Shown here: in pieces, positions 1 to 8,045 of the stretch | How positions within the stretch are numbered: the stretch's first letter is position 1 | How the letters are laid out: every line of letters begins with the position of its first letter | NCBI GenBank assembly: GCA_039680575.1 | Contig: JBDKSP010000051.1 | Location: 1 to 17,156 of the forward strand | Origin: Armatimonadota bacterium | GTDB lineage: Bacteria > Armatimonadota > UBA5829 > DTLH01 | Length of the DNA stretch: 17,156 nucleotides | Direction of reading: 5' to 3' | The notes under the pieces: generated by a model | What the model was told of the DNA's origin: nothing | The model's database searches: none | Seen by the model: the letters and a program-made list of their open reading frames with translations, nothing else | Position numbers and translations under genes: made by a program

Positions 1-141
1 TAGCGTAACGGCCCGAAATCCGGCCGATTCTCGACCACAAAGTCGTGCTATCGACCCTCTGTTCGTCGAAAAACGACTCTGATCCGGTCAACAGAGCACA
101 CCTATCGCACTTGGTGGAGGATTTGGGCTGTTTACGTACCC

Positions 142-170
142 TTGACGATAATACAGACATCTGCTAAGAT
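142..170 (+). promoter_or_regulatory. sigma70-type promoter for secG
   Basis: TTGACG (142-147), 17-nt spacer, extended -10 TGc-TAAGAT (165-170), about 70 nt upstream of the secG ATG. Confidence 0.75.
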
Positions 171-241
171 TGATACTGCTTTGATAAAATCATACTTATT
201 ACCGGATTATCGCTGCATCCGGCAGGTAGGAGATTTACTTA

Positions 242-487
242 ATGGAATCTTTAAAAACTATATTGATGATTGCGCAGATGGTTGTTGCTGTAGTTTTGCT
301 TTTCTTCGTCATGTCTCAAGCTACGAAGAGCGAAGGCCTTTCTGGGACTATCGGAGGCAAGTCTGAGTCAGCATTCAGGGGCAAACCGGGTGCCGAAGAC
401 AGATGGCAAGAGTTTACGAAGTGGTCGGCAATCGCATTCATGGTCGTCAGTATAGTACTGGCTCTCGTAAGCAGCCGCGTAGCTTAA
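242..487 (+). CDS. secG: Preprotein translocase subunit SecG
   Basis: 81 aa with two hydrophobic helices flanking Q-x-x-K-x-x-GL-x-G-x-x-GG and a later 'FTKW' segment typical of SecG. SD AGGAG lies upstream. Confidence 0.93.
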   Translation: MESLKTILMIAQMVVAVVLLFFVMSQATKSEGLSGTIGGKSESAFRGKPGAEDRWQEFTKWSAIAFMVVSIVLALVSSRVA

Positions 488-509
488 ATAGAACACAATA
501 CTAAGTATT

Positions 510-545
510 AAAGCCCTGGGCACAGTTGCCAAAGGGCTTTTTTAT
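510..545 (+). terminator. Intrinsic terminator between secG and the convergent micro-ORF (probably bidirectional)
   Basis: AAAGCCCT(510-517)/AGGGCTTT(533-540) outer stem, GGCA/TGCC inner stem, and a T-run to 543. Confidence 0.8.
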
Positions 546-546
546 A

Positions 547-720
547 TTATGCTGCAAGTTTGTAATGTTCCTGATCGCTATCAAGTTTTGTGCAACCTGC
601 GCAGCTTTCTTCGTGGCAGTCCACGCACTCAGCCCGTGGAGGTTCTTTTGCAGTTAGTATGAGATAGCAATACAGAGAGAAACTACCTAAAATCCATCCA
701 GCAGCGAATGCAACTAACAT
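547..720 (-). CDS. Small Cys-rich single-pass membrane protein, 57 aa (not in the ORF track)
   Basis: Manual translation: MLVAFAAGWILGSFSLYCYLILTAKEPPRAECVDCHEESCAGCTKLDSDQEHYKLAA*. SD GAGGTG lies 6 nt before the ATG. N-terminal hydrophobic helix, CxxCH and CxxC motifs. The stop codon sits right beside the terminator. Confidence 0.75.
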   Translation of the reverse strand: MLVAFAAGWILGSFSLYCYLILTAKEPPRAECVDCHEESCAGCTKLDSDQEHYKLAA

Positions 721-874
721 CCTTTACACCTCGACAACATTATCGGGATCAATTATCGGTTTCTTTATACTAGAAAAATGCGGCAGAGTGTTTTCTGAAA
801 GAGGATAATACCAGCATTCTGCCTAATAATGTATAAATTGAAGTTGATGGGGCTTTCAGGAGGCGTCAATCAGT

Positions 875-1099
875 ATGGACTTAAGGAAAATCGCCACCAG
901 GCTTGATAATGAAGAGAAAATGTGGCTGAAATATCGGGCCCCGATCGGATCAGGCGGTAAGAACGAGATACGCAAAGACCGCTTGCTGGATGTTGCGGAA
1001 GAGAGCGATGTTCTTTATGTAGATCGGGATGGGCAGCCGGTCTGGGTCCGCGTGGATGAGGTAATCGAAATCATAACCGGCGATTGCGCGAACGATTAG
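875..1099 (+). CDS. Hypothetical 74-aa protein, possibly a small SH3/Sm-like beta-barrel (YolD/WYL-like pattern)
   Basis: SD AGGAGG (858-863) precedes the ATG. Alternating beta-strand pattern ending in 'WVRVDEVIEI'. The fold assignment is inference. Confidence 0.7.
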   Translation: MDLRKIATRLDNEEKMWLKYRAPIGSGGKNEIRKDRLLDVAEESDVLYVDRDGQPVWVRVDEVIEIITGDCAND

Positions 1100-1132
1100 C
1101 GGTTTCGGGACTTTTTAGCTGCAGCGGATTAC

Positions 1133-2074
1133 TCACTTCTTCAGTGAGTCCGCAATTCGCTGCAGTTCCTGCTTGGCTATATCCCCTATAATCGTAAATA
1201 TTACCCGTCCGTGGTTGAAACGCACCATATTGGCTACATTACCAAGCCCGGAATTCCAGTTTCCCGAATTCTTTCCGCCTGCTTTTCGCTCGAATATGGA
1301 GATTGTATTGATGCCGTTCGTATACATCAGGTGCGCTGCATAGACATCGTTACCGACCGGTACGCTTGTTGTTTGGACAAATGAGTAGCCCTTAGGCATA
1401 TATTTGGGCTTAACCACCGTAAAACCCAGATCAGGCACCGGATTATTCTGCGCTTTGATGTTCCTGGGCACCATGAACGCAGCAGCCGTAATGTTTCCCG
1501 GTTCGAATGTGATTTGACGGAATGCCGAAACGCTGATCGTAGTCCCCGAAGAGTTTTTGAGCTCGTTTTTCAACACCAGGTGATACACTGTGTCGATCCA
1601 GACCGTCTCGCTGGGGTTTCCTCGCTTCCTGGGCGTCAATCTGAGGACATAAGCCTGCCTTCCGGCTACCACGTCTTGTCCTGCTTTAGTAACTTTATAA
1701 TTTTTAAGCGCCAGATTGATCCGCTGCGGCGCAAGCTCCCACTTGTTGTGCTGCCAATGCCCCTGAGAGGGAAGAAACCGCCAGTAATCCGCATTTTTCT
1801 CGACTACGATTATTCCTGCGAGTTCGGACGGCTGGAAATATTCAGTCCTTGTGCAGTTCGGTTTTTGGTGGACTATCTTGAAATGTGCCCGGATTGTGCG
1901 CCTGCCTACTGTTATATCAGCGAACTTCAGTCCTCTATAGCTGATATTTTGCTCAGCAGCTTCGCTCTTTTTGAGCAGGTCCAGGGGGTTATCCGCGGTG
2001 TAGGCGGGGCATATAGAGACGATCTCAAGCAGGGCGATTATTAAGATCGCAAGAACAATCGCTGCACGTTTCAT
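1133..2074 (-). CDS. MucB/RseB-family periplasmic sigma-E regulatory protein
   Basis: N-terminal signal peptide; LolA-like segment 'VAGRQAYVL...WID...LVLK.EL'; C-terminal 'P.YMPKGY...HLMYTNGINTISIFE...TIIGDI...ELQRIADSL'. Third gene after the sigma and anti-sigma. Confidence 0.85.
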   Translation of the reverse strand: MKRAAIVLAILIIALLEIVSICPAYTADNPLDLLKKSEAAEQNISYRGLKFADITVGRRTIRAHFKIVHQKPNCTRTEYFQPSELAGIIVVEKNADYWRFLPSQGHWQHNKWELAPQRINLALKNYKVTKAGQDVVAGRQAYVLRLTPRKRGNPSETVWIDTVYHLVLKNELKNSSGTTISVSAFRQITFEPGNITAAAFMVPRNIKAQNNPVPDLGFTVVKPKYMPKGYSFVQTTSVPVGNDVYAAHLMYTNGINTISIFERKAGGKNSGNWNSGLGNVANMVRFNHGRVIFTIIGDIAKQELQRIADSLKK

Positions 2075-2088
2075 CCAGTAGTCCTGTC

Positions 2089-2604
2089 CTAGTTCGATAC
2101 TGTTTCACGGCGGTTTAACTGCGTTACGGCTCCAAGGGCTCCCCGGTCGGTGAGCGGCTGTGCGCTTCGGAATCTGGAGTAAGCCTGGATATACGCCTTG
2201 TACTCGGCTGAGGCCTGTTGCTGCTGGGAAACGGCAGGTTTAGCCTTTGCAGCAGGCGGTGGACCGGCGGGCCTGACTGTTATGAAAATGAGTCCTGCCG
2301 CGACTGCAGCCGCAGGTATGGCAAACATTTTCCATCTTCTAAACGACAATACCGGATACCGGAAAGCGCGCTTGCGCTTCTGCTCGGTTATGCGTTCGGC
2401 TACAGCAGGCCATAGATCGAACTCTACACGGTTGCCCGATAGACCGGACAACCGTGTTACAATCAGGCGTGTTTCTTCAACGGACTGCCTGCACTCATCG
2501 CAGACGGCGATATGATCTGCTACAAGTGTGCGGTCGCGAATTGTCAGGTTATCATCTACATAACCTGATATCAGACCCTTTACCTTCTCACACTCTTTAC
2601 GCAA
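2089..2604 (-). CDS. Zinc-finger (zf-HC2/ZAS) transmembrane anti-sigma factor
   Basis: C..V..LISGYVDDNL...HIAVCDEC (HxxxCxxC), one TM helix (FAIPAAAVAAGLIFITV), directly downstream of an ECF sigma. Start placed at TTG 2604 because GGGGGTG lies 6 nt upstream; ATG 2619 and TTG 2631 are alternatives. Confidence 0.88.
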   Translation of the reverse strand: MRKECEKVKGLISGYVDDNLTIRDRTLVADHIAVCDECRQSVEETRLIVTRLSGLSGNRVEFDLWPAVAERITEQKRKRAFRYPVLSFRRWKMFAIPAAAVAAGLIFITVRPAGPPPAAKAKPAVSQQQQASAEYKAYIQAYSRFRSAQPLTDRGALGAVTQLNRRETVSN

Positions 2605-2637
2605 TGCAGACACCCCCATAGTTTCAGCCAAAACTCT

Positions 2638-3213
2638 TTACTGCCGTTCCAAATACTCCGCAAGAATCGTCCTCAACTCATATCTCGCTCGTGAGACCCT
2701 GGATTTCACCGTTCCAACAGGGCAATCCAGTATTGCGGCTATTTCATCCTGCGAGAAACCTTCAATATCATGAAGTATAATCGCTGTACGTAACTTCTCC
2801 GAAAGCCGGCTTATTGCCTGCTTTAGAACACGTTTTTCTTCTTTAAGCGACAAGGCGTGTTGAGGGTCAGCCGACCGATCAGCCGCAGGCTCGAAGCCTA
2901 CGTCCTGAAACCTGTCGTCCTCAAGCGAATCCACTCGCACTCCCGGACGCTTCCGCAGATGATCTATTGCGGTGTTTATCGCTATCCGGTATAGCCACGT
3001 GTAAAAAGCCGATGTACCCTGAAACCTGTGCATCGCTGAATACGCCTTAACAAACGTCTCCTGCGCAAGGTCGGAAGCATCTTCCGCGCTATTCACGTAG
3101 TTCAGTATTGTGCTATAGATCCTGTCCTGGTACTTCTGAACAAGTAACCCAAACGCTTCGCCATCGCCGCTTTTTACAAGCTCGACGATTGATTCATCAG
3201 AACAGCCCGTCAT
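2638..3213 (-). CDS. rpoE: ECF RNA polymerase sigma factor (RpoE/SigW-like)
   Basis: Region 2 'DLAQETFVKAY...F...SAFYTWLYRIAIN' and region 4 'EIAAILDCPVGTVKSRVSRAR'. Confidence 0.93.
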   Translation of the reverse strand: MTGCSDESIVELVKSGDGEAFGLLVQKYQDRIYSTILNYVNSAEDASDLAQETFVKAYSAMHRFQGTSAFYTWLYRIAINTAIDHLRKRPGVRVDSLEDDRFQDVGFEPAADRSADPQHALSLKEEKRVLKQAISRLSEKLRTAIILHDIEGFSQDEIAAILDCPVGTVKSRVSRARYELRTILAEYLERQ

Positions 3214-3332
3214 TCGTGTGCGGTCTCATTTACCTTTTATCTCAGCGGGTGATGCTGCAGCCAGGACAACCTTCCACTGCTGCGCTGAGCTATTACTAAT
3301 ACGAAACTCGAACGCACATGCTCCCCAATATC

Positions 3333-3360
3333 TCTGACGGTTATTGGATTTTTTCGTTCC
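3333..3360 (-). promoter_or_regulatory. ECF (sigmaE-type) promoter, probably autoregulatory
   Basis: Minus strand GGAAC (3360-3356), 17 nt, GTCAGA (3338-3333). This matches the GGAAC-N17-GTC pattern of RpoE-type promoters and lies about 120 nt upstream of the sigma gene. Confidence 0.65.
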
Positions 3361-3427
3361 GTGAGGGTTAGGATTACGGAATATTATGTGGCTGGACGGT
3401 TCATTCGAATGAAAAATGATGTGAAAG

Positions 3428-3453
3428 AGGCGGGACTCGCTCAAGCCCCGCCT
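3428..3453 (-). terminator. Probable terminator of the activase gene
   Basis: Minus strand AGGCGGGGCT-tgagcg-AGTCCCGCCT followed by CTTTC, 8 nt after the stop codon. The U-tract is weak. Confidence 0.6.
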
Positions 3454-3461
3454 GATCGGTT

Positions 3462-6400
3462 TTATTCATCGGTATGATGTAAAGCAGCCTGCTTCTCACG
3501 CTGCCCTGCCCAACGCTCTTTCACCTGCCACATAAAGTTTGCTACTTTTGCATCGCGGCTGGAATCTATGAACCCATCATAGTCCAGATTAAGGAACGGC
3601 ATGTTGTTATGCCGCTTCCTGAGCGCCTGGGAAAGCGCCGTTACGATGTTTCCGGGCATGCAGTTGAACGGGATTACGGAGACTATTCCGGCAAGCCCGC
3701 GCTGAGCGAAGTCTTCGCTCTTGCCCATGCTGCAGATCGCTTCTCCGCCGAAGGTATAGTGAACGTAGTTCGTGCCATTATCTATGACTTCAGCCGGACC
3801 GATGTCTTCCAAGTCAGCAAGGAACGGCTGGCATGCATGGAACATGGCGTGTTCCTCCCGCATGGCGAGCTTATGATTGAATGAGCGCGTCCAGTTATAT
3901 ACCAGATGCGATTTGTCACCTGTGTCAAGCCATCTCTCTCTTGACAGGATCTTGTCGATGTAGTTGGCGTAGCCGAAGAACTCAGTCGCGGGAGCCAGCC
4001 AGGCTTCACCGCCGCATGCTTCGATCTTGCGGACGATGTTTTGATTGGCTCCATCGTGAATCCTGACGAAGAACTCGCCGACCACGCCGACCAGAGGCCG
4101 TTTTTCATCACTCTTTGGAATATTCGCAAAGTCCCGCTGTGCAAGATGAAGAACATCCAGGATCGGTCCAAGGTGCGACTTGCCGAAAAGGGATTTAAAT
4201 CTACCCCAGCCGTCCTGAATGCGCCGCTTGTGCTCCGGCATCATTTTACATATCTGCTGGATGTACTTCTCGAACAGCGCATCGCTTTCGCCCTGGTTGA
4301 CCTCGTATGGTCTCGCATGGTGAAGCATCTTCTGAAGCATGTCATGAGCCACGAGTGCATCCCACGCAACTATCGCAAAGTGGGTCCCAAGCCCTCCATG
4401 CTCGCTCTTGGAACCAAGCGTAACCAGGTCTACACTTTCCAAACCGAGTTTGTCGAGAATCCTGCGCTGGAGCATGTAATACATGCCGAACCGGCACGGT
4501 CCCTCGGCATTACCCTGGAAGAATGCTTCCTTGGTAGAGTCGAAACCCGGTTGGCTGACCCTGTAAAGAATATCTTCCGTCGTTACAAGCGCGGGAAGGC
4601 ATACATCTTCCGATATCGCCTTTCTCGCAAGGTTCAAGCCCTTGTCAGGTGACCTGGGCAGAGCATCGGAATCTATCCCGTAGGCTCTCAAAACCGCTGC
4701 GAGCATCCTCGCGGAGTCCGATGCGTAGGGAATCCAGAGCTTTCTGCCTGCAAGACGTGTAATAGGCAGGTCTTCAGTCCTGATAGGCTTCTGGTCCTTA
4801 GCTTTATGGACGGCCATAGCCGTGTCGGCGAATGCTTCGATTCTGGTGATGACACCTGCATCGGCTGTGTGTTCGTCGAGCTGCATAACATAGCACGGTT
4901 CGTTTATTTCATCCTTAAAGAATGGATTTGCGAACGAGTCCGGTCCGCATCCGAAGTATGTGAGGACCACGGCACGCAGTCTTTTGTCCTGTCGGATGAT
5001 CCTGCCTGCGCAAATCTTTTTCTGGATCTGCCGTGAGTAAGCATTCGGCCATGCGTCCGATATATCGACGCTGTCGAGTGGTATGAAGTCCTGTGGTATA
5101 GCGAGTATCCCCAGGTCCTGCACCTTTTTGCCGATATCCATATTGATTACATTGTCGTAAAGCGAATACGGGCGGCCAATGATGACGAATGCAGTGTCGT
5201 TCGGCCCAAGAGAGTCCAGTATCTCTTTGCCGCGTTCATCCTGCCAGGCGCGGAACCGCTGAAGCACGTCCAGTCCTACCTCTAGCGCCTTTAAGCCTTC
5301 TTCCTTTGTCTTTCCGAGCTGCACTGCGAGTTCTGAAAAGACACGATTGAGGTGCTTTCTTCCTCTCATGAAGTGAATTCGGGGAGTTATATACTTGATG
5401 CCCTTTTCGCTAATGCCGGTATTGGTAGCGATAACCTCCGGCGCGGCCTGCAGATACGGGCAGGTCTGAGCTTGGCCTAAATTCGGGTTTTTCTTTTCGG
5501 CCGAGAGGATTCCCGGCGAAAAGATCATATCGACGCCTTTCTCGATCAGGTCAACATAGTGACCATGCGTAACCTTGTAAGGGTAGCAAGGCTCGCCGAT
5601 AGAAGCAGTAAGCCCAAGCTCGACAATGCGCCTATTTGTCCGGTCGGACGGCACTACTTCGAACCCGAGTTCGGTCAAAAACGCATTGTAGAGAGGGAAA
5701 TAATCTGCGAACATGAGTCCACGAGGAACACCGATTCGAGGCGCTCCTGCGGGAGCCTTCTTGTCGTAGACTTTGAAGAGCATTTGCTCGCGTTCTTCGA
5801 AGAGATCAGGGAGATTTTCGCCGAGCTTCTTTTTATGGATTGCGCTGTACTTTTCGCATCTGTCGTTATAGTAATATTTGGGTCCGCCTTCTACCTGGAA
5901 TGTGTTGACATCACAGGCGTTAGGGCAAGCTTTACACTCAAATGACCCCATAACGTAGTTGCCCTGCACGACCTTGTCGAACCCGACAAACCTTGACTGC
6001 TCGGGATGGTTCTTGAACGCCAGACGGGCTGCTCCAATAGCGCCGGTCAGATGAGGGTATGGAGGAACAACGATCTTTTGTCCGAGTACCGTCTCATACG
6101 CGGCAACCATTCCCTTATTGAACGCAACCGCTCCCTGGAAAACGATCTTTTTCCCGATATCGCGGCTGCCGATATTCTTGTTCATGTAGTTCTTGACGGA
6201 CGCGATGCACACAGCGGCGCATAGGTCTTCAACCGGGACCCCGGCCTGCTGGAAGTAGACCATCGCGGACTCCGTAAATACGGTGCATGTCCAGTCGAGA
6301 TCGGGCGGTCTCTTGCCCTTCAACGCATGGTCGCCGAACTCTGCGATAGGAATGTCAAGACGCGCAGCCTGCTTCTCCAAAAAAGCGCCGCATCCGGCGG

Positions 6401-7751
6401 CACACGCCTTGTTCATCTCAAAGTCGGTTATGACTTCGCCGTTCATCCTGATGAACTTGGAGTCCTGGCCGCCGATCTCCAAAATGCCTTCAACATCGTC
6501 TATAAATGTGATAGCGCCGTTCGCCTGAGCGGTAATTTCATTTTTGATAAGATCCGCGCCGATGTAATCACCCGTCAGATAGCGCCCGGACCCGGTAGTA
6601 GCGGCGTAAATCTTTCCGATGTTGTAGCTATTCTCTTTGATCTGGTCGTGAATCTTGCTCAATGTATCGCAGACTGCAGCCAGTGGGTCGCCGTCGGTTC
6701 TTCTATAGTGGCTGGCGAGCACATGGAACTTGCCGTCGATCTCCGTTACTAGAGCAGCTTTCGTGGAAACCGACCCTATGTCCACCCCAAGAGCGGCTAC
6801 GGCTATGTCTGTCGGAATATCGTTGTCCGTCGGAGGAGGAAGAATCTCGGAAAGCTCGAATTTAAGCGGATTTGTGCTTACATATTCGATTGGCCGGTTC
6901 ATTTTTTCGTCCAGGACAGCTACAGCATCCTGGAGGTCAATCGGCTTTACAGCCCGAAGCGCTGCACCGATAGCTCCAAGCGTTCTGTTATGTTCAGGGA
7001 CGAAAAGTTCGCCATTGAGCTTCAATTCATCGGCTAAATACTTAACAGCAGCGGGGTTTTCGGAGACTCCGCCGATAAATGCGACCTTCGCCTTAAACTG
7101 CTTGCCACGTGCGAAGCATGACCGGTAGTTCCGGCAGATAGCCTGATGGATTCCGGCGGCAATTCTCTCTCTCGGTGTGCCCTTTTGGTAAAGGTGTACT
7201 ATGTCGGACTCCGTAAAAACGCTGCAGCGGCCTGAAAGACTTGCGGGATTGACGGTCTCGAGTGCGACGCGGGCAAACTCATCAATGTGGCTAAAATTGA
7301 GGCGTTTGGTCATGTGGTCCAGGAAAGAGCCGCTTCCGGCAGCGCATTTGTTTCCGAGGTTGGAATCGGCCATAAGGAGTTTTCCTGAAACCTCATCGCG
7401 CTCGAACAAAATATACTTTTGACCTTCTCGCCCCATCTCTACGACCGTTCGAACGTCGGGGTAGAGCCGGTCTATGGATGCTGCGAGCGCAATCGGCTCA
7501 TCGATGCGTTCTGCGCCTGTGAGTTCGGAAATTCCTGGAGCACCAGCGCCGGTTACGCCTAGAATCGCAGGTTCTCCATCAGCGGATGACTGATGTGCGA
7601 CCTTCAGGGCTTCTTCCAGCGCTTCTTTCACACGTCTGAGCGGCTGCCCCTGGATAGACAATATCGGCAATTCTTGAACAGAATCGCCGTCTCGTATGAT
7701 GACTGTTTTGACTGTGTCGGAACCAATGTCCATTCCGATGCGTAAAGCCAC
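3462..7751 (-). CDS. Fused CoA-substrate-specific enzyme activase: two BadF/BcrAD (HgdC-like ASKHA ATPase) domains plus DUF2229 / 2-hydroxyacyl-CoA dehydratase-like domains
   Basis: Two 'G.DIGS...K' ATPase starts; 'NKCAAGSGSFL' and 'MNKACAAGCGAFL'; 'CSVFTES' and 'CTVFTES'; CKACPNAC; PCYPYK; CPY; FGCGPDS; 'DEHTADAGVITRIEAF'; GPCRFG; PFNCMP. GTG start with SD AGGAGG. Confidence 0.92.
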   Translation of the reverse strand: MALRIGMDIGSDTVKTVIIRDGDSVQELPILSIQGQPLRRVKEALEEALKVAHQSSADGEPAILGVTGAGAPGISELTGAERIDEPIALAASIDRLYPDVRTVVEMGREGQKYILFERDEVSGKLLMADSNLGNKCAAGSGSFLDHMTKRLNFSHIDEFARVALETVNPASLSGRCSVFTESDIVHLYQKGTPRERIAAGIHQAICRNYRSCFARGKQFKAKVAFIGGVSENPAAVKYLADELKLNGELFVPEHNRTLGAIGAALRAVKPIDLQDAVAVLDEKMNRPIEYVSTNPLKFELSEILPPPTDNDIPTDIAVAALGVDIGSVSTKAALVTEIDGKFHVLASHYRRTDGDPLAAVCDTLSKIHDQIKENSYNIGKIYAATTGSGRYLTGDYIGADLIKNEITAQANGAITFIDDVEGILEIGGQDSKFIRMNGEVITDFEMNKACAAGCGAFLEKQAARLDIPIAEFGDHALKGKRPPDLDWTCTVFTESAMVYFQQAGVPVEDLCAAVCIASVKNYMNKNIGSRDIGKKIVFQGAVAFNKGMVAAYETVLGQKIVVPPYPHLTGAIGAARLAFKNHPEQSRFVGFDKVVQGNYVMGSFECKACPNACDVNTFQVEGGPKYYYNDRCEKYSAIHKKKLGENLPDLFEEREQMLFKVYDKKAPAGAPRIGVPRGLMFADYFPLYNAFLTELGFEVVPSDRTNRRIVELGLTASIGEPCYPYKVTHGHYVDLIEKGVDMIFSPGILSAEKKNPNLGQAQTCPYLQAAPEVIATNTGISEKGIKYITPRIHFMRGRKHLNRVFSELAVQLGKTKEEGLKALEVGLDVLQRFRAWQDERGKEILDSLGPNDTAFVIIGRPYSLYDNVINMDIGKKVQDLGILAIPQDFIPLDSVDISDAWPNAYSRQIQKKICAGRIIRQDKRLRAVVLTYFGCGPDSFANPFFKDEINEPCYVMQLDEHTADAGVITRIEAFADTAMAVHKAKDQKPIRTEDLPITRLAGRKLWIPYASDSARMLAAVLRAYGIDSDALPRSPDKGLNLARKAISEDVCLPALVTTEDILYRVSQPGFDSTKEAFFQGNAEGPCRFGMYYMLQRRILDKLGLESVDLVTLGSKSEHGGLGTHFAIVAWDALVAHDMLQKMLHHARPYEVNQGESDALFEKYIQQICKMMPEHKRRIQDGWGRFKSLFGKSHLGPILDVLHLAQRDFANIPKSDEKRPLVGVVGEFFVRIHDGANQNIVRKIEACGGEAWLAPATEFFGYANYIDKILSRERWLDTGDKSHLVYNWTRSFNHKLAMREEHAMFHACQPFLADLEDIGPAEVIDNGTNYVHYTFGGEAICSMGKSEDFAQRGLAGIVSVIPFNCMPGNIVTALSQALRKRHNNMPFLNLDYDGFIDSSRDAKVANFMWQVKERWAGQREKQAALHHTDE

Positions 7752-7803
7752 GTGAACTGCCTCCTATCGATGCGTTGTCCAGATAGTCTACCCATCGGCT
7801 CTG

Positions 7804-7835
7804 GGTGATAATGCAGAGCGGGTCGGATTATCACC
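7804..7835. promoter_or_regulatory. Inverted repeat overlapping the predicted activase transcription start (candidate operator)
   Basis: GGTGATAAT (7804-7812), N14, ATTATCACC (7827-7835); perfect 9-bp arms. Confidence 0.45.
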
Positions 7836-7837
7836 AC

Positions 7838-7866
7838 AGTATACTTCGCATATCTGTAGCAGTCAA
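7838..7866 (-). promoter_or_regulatory. sigma70-type promoter for the activase gene
   Basis: Minus strand TTGACT (7866-7861), 17 nt, TATACT (7843-7838), near consensus. Confidence 0.75.
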
Positions 7867-7915
7867 GCATAAGAGCGAGTTCAGAGTTGATAAGTATAGC
7901 ATCATGCTGAACTAT

Positions 7916-7953
7916 CACAACGTCATTCAGAATGCCCACGACGTCATTCGGAA
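7916..7953 (+). repeat. 17-bp direct repeat with a 21-bp period
   Basis: CACAACGTCATTCAGAA (7916-7932) and CACGACGTCATTCGGAA (7937-7953); partial third copy CATTCAGGAA at 7964. Confidence 0.7.
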
Positions 7954-8015
7954 CTTGACTGAGCATTCAGGAAGAAAATGGACCTTCTGGAAGAGTTTCA
8001 AGGGTAACGTCTTTA

Positions 8016-8045
8016 CTGATAGCTGACGGCTGAATGCTGACTGCT
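8016..8045 (+). repeat. Heptamer tandem repeat (CTGAnnG)x4
   Basis: CTGATAG CTGACGG CTGAATG CTGACTG CT. Confidence 0.7.

Noticed and set aside
1..141. Possible gene end or start at the left edge, and ORF 142-366
   Set aside because: No recognisable coding signal in 1-141. ORF 142-366 starts on the -35 box and overlaps secG out of frame.
111..720. Possible tmRNA on the minus strand (tag-like ...YKLAA* at 547-570, CCTCCACCA at 112-120, and secG is often near ssrA)
   Set aside because: No T-arm (GTTCRA) precedes the CCA, there is no GGGG 5' acceptor strand, and intact secG lies between the two pieces. The tag-like peptide is the end of an ORF with its own SD and ATG.
1514..7422. Numerous alternative-frame or antisense ORFs inside the rseB, anti-sigma and activase genes (also those within suhB, the TPR gene and the 1472-aa gene)
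   Set aside because: Shadow ORFs overlapping well-supported genes, with no SDs or recognisable motifs.
7770..7839. H-type pseudoknot or riboswitch in the activase 5' UTR (loop GCTCTG pairing with downstream CAGAGC)
   Set aside because: The near-consensus promoter puts +1 at about 7831, inside the 5' arm of the required stem, so the full structure would not be transcribed. Treated as a DNA operator instead.
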